NCBI GenBank assembly: GCA_015233155.1
Contig: JADFYG010000018.1
Location: forward strand, 11,000 to 74,999
Source: Candidatus Rifleibacteriota bacterium
Lineage (GTDB): Bacteria > Muiribacteriota > Ozemobacteria > Ozemobacterales > Ozemobacteraceae
DNA: 64,000 nucleotides
Direction: 5' to 3'
Both the position numbers and the translations under genes were made by a program. Shown here piece by piece: positions 38,856 through 46,909 of this stretch. The first letter of the stretch is position 1. Each line of letters opens with the position of its first letter. The notes beneath the pieces are model-generated. The model ran no database searches. It was not told the DNA's origin and saw nothing but the letters and a program-made list of their open reading frames with translations.

Positions 38856-40348
38856 ATATCAAAACTATCAGAATCATCTGTTTTGCAGTCATGATTCAGT
38901 TCATTTCCGGCATTTCTTTCGCCGACGCCGGGCATGTGGAGCTTAATGCCGGGAAGGCACTGGTCTGCTCAGAAATGTCTCCAAATGCTCAAAGACAGGA
39001 TACAGTCCAGACGATTCTCCAGACGTGGTTTCTGGATCGAATATGCACTTTTCAGAAAATCCTGTCTGACACCCCGATTGGTAATGCAAATCCGAAGATT
39101 GTTAACATTGCAATACCTGAAAAACTCCTACGAATGTATCTCGCGAAGCCCTTCGGAGAAGGGAAATACAGAATTATTTTTGATTCCGCCGAAACGGCAC
39201 GTATGCCGGAATGGGGATATCGACGAATTGAATTCCCCAAAAATCAATCCCTCGAATACATCAGGGGAATTTCGAGATTGAATACGTGTTGGCATGAATT
39301 CCAACATATAATTTTCTTTGAAGCGGAAAAAAAAGGCCTGAAGCTTTCAGTTCGTCCGGTAGATTGGGTAAGATACTGCAAACCACCGCTAGATGCAGTT
39401 GCAGAACATGTATACATCGAGTCTCTGACGGAGAGAACTGTAGAATGGCTTGACATACTTCTCCATGAAAAAACCAAACTGTTTAATGGAGCGGGAATGG
39501 CTTTCACAAAACATATCCTCGAAGCCGCGGATGAGAAAAAGAAGATGCCGGTTTCAGGCATGGCTGAGAATTACCTGACAGAGCATTATATCTGGGCAAA
39601 AGCCCATGATTCATGGGTGAGAGCCTGGAGATTTGCGAAAATGATTGCCCCACTGCCGGGCTTCATGCGAAAGGAATACGCAGCCATAACAGGCGTCTCA
39701 ATCGGAAGTATCGATGAAATCATGTATTTTTTTGCGCAAGGCGGAATGTCTGACAAGGCTGGTAACCAGATTCTTGTTCCCCGCTGGGTCATGCAAACTG
39801 GGGTTTCAAGAAGCCCGCTCTTTATAGGACCGTTCAATGAGCGTCGCGTCGTAAACGCACTTGGTACGAGCATTGAGTTTGACTTTCGTATCCTGGAGGA
39901 TCTGCACTTTGGCGAAAAAAACGGTATATTCCTCGATCGTGGAAAAGTAAATATATCACTGGAGCATCCGGCTCCAGAATGCTTCATTAAATTGGTGCTA
40001 GAAGGCACATCCTTTCATTTTGAGTCGGACAAGGTTCCTGGTAATGCAGTTATTCAAGCCAGTTTGAAGAATTGCCCCAAAGACTGTGTCGCCCATCTCG
40101 TTCTGAATTTCTCTAAATATTCTGTGCCGGACGGAGCAAGCAATGCTCTGAAGATTGAATTCAGAGATGACCCTGTTATACGAAGAGCCCATGAAATTTG
40201 TTCATATGACGTCAATTATTTCGACGAGACACGACGCGCTGCGTCCGAAAAAACAAAATTCAATGTGCCCTTACATGCTTCAAGTCCGATAAGAAAACAA
40301 TATCGATATTATTCAATAAGGGCCACATGCCCGATCAAAAATCATTGA
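38825..40348 (+). CDS. Exported hypothetical protein with an HExxH (HEFQH) zincin-like motif
   Basis: Signal-peptide-like N-terminus; TCWHEFQHIIF at 39293-39307; downstream Glu candidates (AEHVYIE). Confidence 0.6.
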   Translation: MQYRIAGFAINIKTIRIICFAVMIQFISGISFADAGHVELNAGKALVCSEMSPNAQRQDTVQTILQTWFLDRICTFQKILSDTPIGNANPKIVNIAIPEKLLRMYLAKPFGEGKYRIIFDSAETARMPEWGYRRIEFPKNQSLEYIRGISRLNTCWHEFQHIIFFEAEKKGLKLSVRPVDWVRYCKPPLDAVAEHVYIESLTERTVEWLDILLHEKTKLFNGAGMAFTKHILEAADEKKKMPVSGMAENYLTEHYIWAKAHDSWVRAWRFAKMIAPLPGFMRKEYAAITGVSIGSIDEIMYFFAQGGMSDKAGNQILVPRWVMQTGVSRSPLFIGPFNERRVVNALGTSIEFDFRILEDLHFGEKNGIFLDRGKVNISLEHPAPECFIKLVLEGTSFHFESDKVPGNAVIQASLKNCPKDCVAHLVLNFSKYSVPDGASNALKIEFRDDPVIRRAHEICSYDVNYFDETRRAASEKTKFNVPLHASSPIRKQYRYYSIRATCPIKNH

Positions 40349-40469
40349 GAAAAGATCATCAACATTGTTATCAAAGTCACCCAAATAATCGCCAGTTTTG
40401 AGATCTCTTCCGTCGGTCGAGATGACAATGAAGACGGCACACACAAGAAAAAACACTGACTGAGAGCGA

Positions 40470-40707
40470 AAAAGTGTGTGTTTGCCCTGGATGGATCCAT
40501 GGCCATTTAATTCTCACCAAGGCGCGACCGCCGAAGGTGTGAAAAAATGGTCCTTCGAAAAAAGTCAGGTTAGCCTTATTTATGAAAACAAGGTCGTGAT
40601 AATTCGCGGAAGGACAGTAGCGAAGCCGCCAGAAATGGTCTGACGAGGTGCTCAGCAACCATTACGAGACGACGCAGCGTTGTCCTGGAGCGAATTATCA
40701 CGACCGG
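40470..40707. repeat. Cluster of palindromic elements and MITE-end remnants
   Basis: 40470-40489 matches the right end of the 46277 element at 16/20; 40498-40515 matches the left TIR of the 55328 element at 17/18; perfect 16-bp IR at 40592-40607/40690-40705. Confidence 0.7.
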
Positions 40708-40821
40708 TTGGTAAATGCGATTTCACCTCATTCATTCCGGGATTTTCGGGGTTTGCGATTGCCGTGGGGTGGATCGCCCGTGGAGTGCACGTAAACATTT
40801 TGATTGGTATAATATGTCATC

Positions 40822-41736
40822 ATGCTTGAGGAACTGAGACTTATTCCGGGCCCGGAATTTCTTCTGTTGAATGCCATCTTTATCGTCATATGTCTCATCA
40901 TCGCTTTTTTTGTCTGTAAACTGGATATGACGCGTTTGAAATCCGTGCCTGACACGTCTAGTCTCGATCCGATTGAAATTGCATATTTGAGAGGCGGGGT
41001 CACTCTGGTCATTCAGTTGACTCTCTATCATCTCGTCGAGATCGAAGCGATCGAATTTGACACGAATATGTCGAGTACTTCGTTTACATTAGGCCGCAAA
41101 TCAAAAGGGATGTTTGTGGCTAAACGCGGAGCGCATCTGCCGCCATTATCGACTTTCGAACGGTCGCTCATGCGAGAACTCAGCGCACCAATGAGCGGCC
41201 GAGCTCTTCTCAGAGACAGCTCCCTGGTTAGCCTCATCGAAACGCTATGCATCCAGTTTCGCCGAGATCTTATACGGCGCGGCTTTATACATAAAACACA
41301 AGGACATTCAATCAAATGGTTGAGATTTTTATGCTGTATGGCTCTCATCCTTTTGCCCGGTTGCACGAAACTCGTATTAGGTATAATGAACGACAAACCC
41401 GTTATCTTCCTCATTCTTGAGCTGGCGTTTGCAGCATATGCAATGATAATGGAGTGTAACCCAATCAATCCAATTACGAATTTAGGCGAACGTGTGCTCA
41501 AAGATCTTGAGTCGCGGTTCGACTGGATCAAGCAATCGCTTGATAAAAAATCTCTCCCGGATGGCATTTCATCAGCCATGGTGCTCGCTATTTTCGGCTT
41601 GGAGGCCCTGAGTAGCGGTATTTCCGGCTATGCTTTCTATAGTCATTTCAACCCACCCCAGGACACCAGTAGCGGAGGAGGCTCCGGCGGCTGCGGCGGA
41701 GGCTGTGGTGGAGGCTGCGGAGGTTGTGGCGGATGA
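40822..41736 (+). CDS. TIGR04222-domain membrane protein with a Gly/Cys low-complexity C-terminal tail
   Basis: IPGPEFL, LDPIEIAYLRGG...TLYHLVE; three TM helices; tail SSGGGSGGCGGGCGGGCGGCGG (41668-41733). Confidence 0.8.
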   Translation: MLEELRLIPGPEFLLLNAIFIVICLIIAFFVCKLDMTRLKSVPDTSSLDPIEIAYLRGGVTLVIQLTLYHLVEIEAIEFDTNMSSTSFTLGRKSKGMFVAKRGAHLPPLSTFERSLMRELSAPMSGRALLRDSSLVSLIETLCIQFRRDLIRRGFIHKTQGHSIKWLRFLCCMALILLPGCTKLVLGIMNDKPVIFLILELAFAAYAMIMECNPINPITNLGERVLKDLESRFDWIKQSLDKKSLPDGISSAMVLAIFGLEALSSGISGYAFYSHFNPPQDTSSGGGSGGCGGGCGGGCGGCGG

Positions 41737-42938
41737 TCGGATCATGGCTTTCCTCGCTGTTTTATTCGACTTTCCCGCAGACATTCGCTAAAACCGCATC
41801 GTTATCGTGTTCTTCGCGATTCGTTCTGCAGTGGCATTTGACTGATGCCTGCAATCTGAGATGCCGGCATTGCTATGAGTCCGATGCCGGGAAGAATGTG
41901 ATCGCTCGCGACCGGTTTTTCGCGTCTCTGCGCCAATGCCATCAGCTTGTTTCCAATCTGCAGAGAAACCACCCCGAAGTTTCACTGCGCTGCGAACTGC
42001 GTCTTACTGGCGGTGAACCACTGTTACACCCGGATTTTTTTGATCTGCTGGAATGCTGCGGCAACGAAAGTTCATGGCTTGATATATCGATTCTCACCAA
42101 TGGAACTCTCGTAACCCCGGCAATAGCGCGACGAATTGCAGTCGCCAAGCCTCTCTATGTACAGGTAAGCATTGATGGCGCCGAGGCTATGCACGATGGA
42201 ATTCGCGGCAAAGGCAGTTTTGCGGCAGCCGCCAACGGCATAAGCTCCATGCGAGCACTTGATATTCCAGTATCTCTGGCCTTCACTGCGCATCGCGCAA
42301 ATACTTCAGATATTTCCACTGTTGCGGAGTTTGCTGCGAAAGTTGGAGTGAGGCGAATCTGGGCAGATCGAATGATACCTGCCGGGCGAGGTAGTGCATT
42401 CGAAAACGAATTGCTGAGCCCTGAAGAAACGCGATCTTTTTTTCAACTGATGCGACACAGCTGCGATGAGATCCACACGCGATATGGTCGCAACACTGAC
42501 ATGTCTTTTCATAGAGCTCTACAATTCCATGAAGGACGGGGAAAACCATACCGATGCTCTGCCGGCAGGTCTTTGCTTACCGTTCTCGCCGACGGCACCA
42601 TCGTTCCGTGTCGAAGACTTCCCGTGCCATGTGGTTCGATCGAAGACAATGGTCTCTTTAACGCGTTCCATGACAACCCGTTTATTCGAAGCCTTCGCGA
42701 ATTTCGTGGCCCTGCACGCGGTTGCGAGGAATGTCTTTACCAGGGTCTTTGTGAAGGCGGTCTAAGATGCCTCTCTTACGCGATTCATGGTGACCCATTT
42801 CGCGCCGATCCGGGCTGCTGGATTGCTCATCACTCGCCCGGCAAACAGTCTGAGGCACATATTATTCCCGCTATCACTGTTCCACCCATGCGATATTACC
42901 CTGCGAAATCAAGCTGTTTGCCCACTGATAGACACTGA
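41733..42938 (+). CDS. Radical SAM/SPASM-domain protein
   Basis: QWHLTDACNLRCRHCY (CX3CX2C), LTGGEPLL, QVSIDG; SPASM C-x17-C...C-x2-C-x5-C-x5-C-x15-C; ATG 41733 overlaps the upstream TGA (ATGA). Confidence 0.92.
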   Translation: MIGSWLSSLFYSTFPQTFAKTASLSCSSRFVLQWHLTDACNLRCRHCYESDAGKNVIARDRFFASLRQCHQLVSNLQRNHPEVSLRCELRLTGGEPLLHPDFFDLLECCGNESSWLDISILTNGTLVTPAIARRIAVAKPLYVQVSIDGAEAMHDGIRGKGSFAAAANGISSMRALDIPVSLAFTAHRANTSDISTVAEFAAKVGVRRIWADRMIPAGRGSAFENELLSPEETRSFFQLMRHSCDEIHTRYGRNTDMSFHRALQFHEGRGKPYRCSAGRSLLTVLADGTIVPCRRLPVPCGSIEDNGLFNAFHDNPFIRSLREFRGPARGCEECLYQGLCEGGLRCLSYAIHGDPFRADPGCWIAHHSPGKQSEAHIIPAITVPPMRYYPAKSSCLPTDRH

Positions 42939-42949
42939 GGAGAATTCCA

Positions 42950-43690
42950 ATGACAGATCTCTCTGCGGCTCTTTCCCAACTGCCTCCGGAAACACGCGAT
43001 GGAATAACGCTTTTTGTTAAATCCGTGTCCGAAGCGCTCGGGACCGATCTGGTGTCTGTGATTCTCTACGGAAGCGCGGCACGTAGCGACTTTTGCAGCG
43101 GCGAAAGTGATGTAAATTTACTTCTCGTCTTGCGCACAATTGATGTGGCACAGATGCAAAAGCTCATGCCTGTATTTGACAAGAGCCTCCGACTCGGGAT
43201 TTCCCCGATGCTGCTGACACCGGATGAACTCAAATGCTCTGCCGATGCATTTGCCGGGAAGTTTTTCTCGATGCGGGAAGAGCGAAAGGTCCTATACGGG
43301 ATCGACATTCTCGAAAATGTTTCGATTCCGGCAGAGGCACTGCGACTGCGTTGTGAGCAGGAAATCCGGAATATGCTTCTGCGATTGCGGCGCGGCTACC
43401 TGTCACAACGTGGCCGGGATCTCCCGCGTTTACTATGGAGCATGGGGCGACATACGCGCGACATTGTCCGAGTGGCTCTGGCGCTTACTCAAGACGGTAT
43501 TTTGCCGCGAGAACGGGCACTGGAAGCAGCGTCTGTACGCTTCGGATTCGATGCCAGGCCAGTCCAGGAGGTCGAGGGTCTGCGCTCCAACGATTGTCTG
43601 ACGCCGGAGGCTGCAGAGGCTCTTTTTTCCCGATTCCTGAGTGCCATTGCCATAATCACGGATGCAATAGATCGGCTGGTAATCAGGTAA
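42950..43690 (+). CDS. Pol-beta-superfamily nucleotidyltransferase-domain protein
   Basis: SVILYGSAARSDF..GESDVNLLLV; helical C-terminal domain; RBS GAGGAG; 11 bp after the rSAM gene. Confidence 0.8.
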   Translation: MTDLSAALSQLPPETRDGITLFVKSVSEALGTDLVSVILYGSAARSDFCSGESDVNLLLVLRTIDVAQMQKLMPVFDKSLRLGISPMLLTPDELKCSADAFAGKFFSMREERKVLYGIDILENVSIPAEALRLRCEQEIRNMLLRLRRGYLSQRGRDLPRLLWSMGRHTRDIVRVALALTQDGILPRERALEAASVRFGFDARPVQEVEGLRSNDCLTPEAAEALFSRFLSAIAIITDAIDRLVIR

Positions 43691-43856
43691 ACACGCAGTG
43701 ACTTTGAACAACGACCACATTTACCAAAAAAATATCGGAATTTTATTTTTATGTGTCCCTTCACGATTCTTAACACCTTTTATTCCTCGCCATGTGTTAT
43801 CAATGATCATACAAGTTTCTTTGAACATTCATTTCATAATTTTCCGGAGGTATAAA

Positions 43857-44804
43857 ATGCGTCGGCTTCTTTGTTTACTTTTTGCTCTTCTGATTTTTAT
43901 AACAAGTAGCGGTTGCAGCGATGGCGTCGGCGTCGCCTCCGTGACAACATCTTATGTTGCCATGGGAGCGTCTTTCCTGATGCCGGCCTCACGAATCGCA
44001 ATGGCCAACGTGAAGGGCTCTACATACTGGAAAGATTTTACATTACGCATCAATGGCACAGATTATCCTCCATCCAGCGTCGCAACTGATTCCACTTCCG
44101 CCACGGCAACGATCAATTTCGCTCAAACCTTCGCCAAAACAACCCTGGGTGCAGCCTGGAGTGAAACAGCGAAAACCATAAACAACGTGGAACTCGTGGA
44201 AGGCGGACAGACTGTCGTCTCCATAGCGATGCTTTCAGCCAATGATCAGGCGCCCCACGCATCCACGATGCCTTTGGCAAACACGGTCGTCTTCCAGCTG
44301 GTTCGTGATGCGACAACCGGAGGTCTTATTCTGACGACGCTTTCCGGCACAGCTTCCGCAACCAGTCCCATTACCAGCGGCGCTCAATCGCTTTATCTCG
44401 AAGCCATCAATTATATTGCATCAGGTGGAGCTCTTGCTACCTTGTCAGCTGATGTAACGGATGTATCATATCCAACCGCGTCATTCACCCTGCATTTCAG
44501 TAATGTCGTAGCTTCGGCGACTTCAGGCTGGCTTTTCTCAATGACAGACGTTACCAGCGGAAATCTTTTTACACTTAGCGATGCAAACGGGGAACTCGCG
44601 ATTGCCAACCCGATTCTCGCAAGCGGGCCTTTCGGGTCATGCAGCATCGTTACCATTTCCCTGATCGGAAGCGGCACTGCTCATCAACTTCTGCCGAGTC
44701 ACAAATACACGATGAGCATCGTGAACACATCATTGTGCAGAGCAGACAGCATCTCCACGAAACTGACCAACGCAATCCTCAGAACATTCACGACGAGACC
44801 CTGA
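43857..44804 (+). CDS. Hypothetical lipoprotein with a C-terminal Ig-like domain
   Basis: RBS GGAGG 43846-43850, ATG 43857; lipobox SSG-C; Ser/Thr-rich beta-strand sequence. Confidence 0.7.
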   Translation: MRRLLCLLFALLIFITSSGCSDGVGVASVTTSYVAMGASFLMPASRIAMANVKGSTYWKDFTLRINGTDYPPSSVATDSTSATATINFAQTFAKTTLGAAWSETAKTINNVELVEGGQTVVSIAMLSANDQAPHASTMPLANTVVFQLVRDATTGGLILTTLSGTASATSPITSGAQSLYLEAINYIASGGALATLSADVTDVSYPTASFTLHFSNVVASATSGWLFSMTDVTSGNLFTLSDANGELAIANPILASGPFGSCSIVTISLIGSGTAHQLLPSHKYTMSIVNTSLCRADSISTKLTNAILRTFTTRP

Positions 44805-44846
44805 TTTCAATAATGAACCCAAACTAATACCAATCACGTCATATTC

Positions 44847-44891
44847 ATTATGAGTTACGGGCGACCTACCGGGTCGCCCGTAACTCATAAT
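44847..44891. terminator. Perfect 20-bp inverted repeat between convergent genes (bidirectional terminator or REP-like element)
   Basis: ATTATGAGTTACGGGCGACC-TACCG-GGTCGCCCGTAACTCATAAT. Confidence 0.7.
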
Positions 44892-44940
44892 TACGAACAT
44901 TTTTTTGAATTAAAGACACATTGAAAAGCGATCGATCAGT

Positions 44941-46146
44941 TTAGTAGAGAAGAAATTTCCGGCGGTTGGAATCGAACTTGCGCCAGCTGGATTCAAAATC
45001 AGCCAGAATCTTTTCCGGTGAGTCTTTGGAATCAAAAACCGCCTTATAGATGTTGTTCCCGACCATGAGCGCAGCCTCCTGCCCTTTCAGCAGGAAAGCG
45101 GCGGTCTTCTGGTCGCGCAAGGCGCAGACGACACGCACGAAGACATCCAGACTGCGCACATGGTGACGGTCGAGCACTTCTATACGGACTCCCTGACAAA
45201 CTTTGCCTGAATAGATATCATCTGTAGGAGTCCTGATCTCTGCGGTAAAACGCAGACCTGGAATAGCCGCTGACTCCAGGACTTGAAGCAGGCTTGTAGT
45301 TTCAAGCCATGGAGCCCCGAACCAAAGAAATGGCGACTCTGTACCTCGACCTACAGACATATTGCTGGACTCGAACAATCCTAATCCGGGATAGAGCAAA
45401 GCCGCGTCAAGGTTTCGGATATTGGGCGATGGTTTTACCCAGGGATAGCCAGTTTCATCGTAGAGCATGCAACGGGTCCAACCTTTGAGCGGGACCACCG
45501 TAAGCTTCAGTTTCAACTTCTTGAGATCCATATGCAGGCGGGCCATTTCTCCCGGAGTCAACCCATGACGAATGGGCACCGGAAAATAACCCGTAAACTC
45601 GTGCGCGTCCTCTAATACCGGGCCTTCAAGGATTTCACCGCCTAATGGATTGGAACGGTCGAGGACCACAAACTCGATACCACGTTTGGCGGCTTCCTCC
45701 ATGCACAGGCCCATGGTGCTCAAATATGTATAGAATCGAGCCCCCACGTCCTGAATATCGAAAACCAGTGCGTCGATTCCATTAAGCATCTCGTCAGTGG
45801 GTCTGCGGGTCTTCCCATAAAGACTATATACCGGGAGCCCCGTAGCAGTATCTGTAGCATTCCCGACAAGGGCGCCTCCGGTCTGGTCGCCGCGGAAGCC
45901 GTGTTCGGGGCTGAAGATGGCGACTAAAGATAGCTTCCTTGAAGCGAACAGCACGTCCACTGTGCTGCTGCCCTGTCTATCCACGCCGGTCTGGTTTGTG
46001 ATGACCCCAACTCGCTTGCCTTTCAGGACATCGAAGTCTGCCTGCTCCAACACATCTATGCCGGACATGAACGCGGCCGATGCTGCGTGCGCTCCCGCGC
46101 AACAGACCATAAACAAAAGAAGGATAGAGCAAGTCAAAACATTCAT
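44941..46146 (-). CDS. namZ: DUF1343 family protein (exo-beta-N-acetylmuramidase NamZ-like)
   Basis: RVGVITNQTG, FSPEHGFRG, VYSLYG, DIQDVGARFYTY, LDRSNPLGG, PIRHGLTPGE, SPNI, GRGTE.PF; signal peptide starts at ATG 46146. Confidence 0.88.
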   Translation of the reverse strand: MNVLTCSILLLFMVCCAGAHAASAAFMSGIDVLEQADFDVLKGKRVGVITNQTGVDRQGSSTVDVLFASRKLSLVAIFSPEHGFRGDQTGGALVGNATDTATGLPVYSLYGKTRRPTDEMLNGIDALVFDIQDVGARFYTYLSTMGLCMEEAAKRGIEFVVLDRSNPLGGEILEGPVLEDAHEFTGYFPVPIRHGLTPGEMARLHMDLKKLKLKLTVVPLKGWTRCMLYDETGYPWVKPSPNIRNLDAALLYPGLGLFESSNMSVGRGTESPFLWFGAPWLETTSLLQVLESAAIPGLRFTAEIRTPTDDIYSGKVCQGVRIEVLDRHHVRSLDVFVRVVCALRDQKTAAFLLKGQEAALMVGNNIYKAVFDSKDSPEKILADFESSWRKFDSNRRKFLLY

Positions 46147-46276
46147 AACGATTCTGGCACGTGTAATGCTTACATAAGTCAATATACTATTTTCTGAAGA
46201 AAAAGCAGATATTAGTTCCATAAATTAAGGCCGCCTCTTTTCGAAAAAGTATAACATGCATCCCTTCTTTCCGCGA

Positions 46277-46580
46277 CAGGGCAAACGGGAACTTTATCCA
46301 GGCTGGAAGCGGGCAGAGGGAGATTGCGAAGCGCGACTGTCGAGCGCTGCCGTGTCGGTCCGAGCCGTATGAGGAGGACATCCGAGTCGTTCTTCGCGGT
46401 CGCCCACGAAGGGCGGCCGCCTCGCAAGTCGCCAGGGATGGCGACTCTGCGGGGTTTCGAAGAACGACCGGAATGTCCCCGAATTACGGCGAGGGAACCG
46501 ACACAGCACGCGAGATCTGAGCGCGTAGCAACCTCCCTCTGCCCGTGCTCTGCGACAGCAAAAAGTTCCCGTTTGCCCTG
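46277..46580. mobile_element. MITE-like element with 19-bp terminal inverted repeats and a 10-bp target-site-like duplication
   Basis: TIR CAGGGCAAACGGGAACTTT (46277-46295) / AAAGTTCCCGTTTGCCCTG (46562-46580); flanks CTTTCCGCGA (46267-46276) and CTTTCTGCGA (46581-46590), 9/10 identical; self-complementary interior. Confidence 0.8.
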
Positions 46581-46676
46581 CTTTCTGCGACGCTCTATAC
46601 TCCTGACCAGTAATTATGTGTTAACTTGGTGGCATTATCAGATATCCCCTGAAAACAAGGGATCGGGAGGTGGGAA

Positions 46677-46907
46677 ATGGTTGAGGTAATCGTCTGTGTC
46701 GGCACCGATTGCTCCTATAAAGGCGGATTGCAGATTTATGATTTTCTCGAACATGATCCGAGCCTTGAAGGGCGTATAAACCTTGCCACAGCCAAATGTT
46801 TCAATCGTGCGTGCAAGCCGGATAATGCTCCCCTCGTCTCGGTCAATGGAAAGATTATCGGCCGCGCCACTCTGGACAAGGTTCTTGCCGCCATCACGGA
46901 GGGGTAG
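46677..46907 (+). CDS. Thioredoxin-like [2Fe-2S] ferredoxin (NuoE-like)
   Basis: VCVGTDCSYKGG...CFNRAC...P.VSVNG; 2 bp upstream of the hydrogenase gene. Confidence 0.82.
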   Translation: MVEVIVCVGTDCSYKGGLQIYDFLEHDPSLEGRINLATAKCFNRACKPDNAPLVSVNGKIIGRATLDKVLAAITEG

Positions 46908-46909
46908 AA

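Noticed and set aside
46294-46689. Short ORFs on both strands in the namZ-hydrogenase intergenic region
   Set aside because: They fall within the GC-rich palindromic MITE, lack an RBS and give low-complexity Arg/Pro-rich translations.
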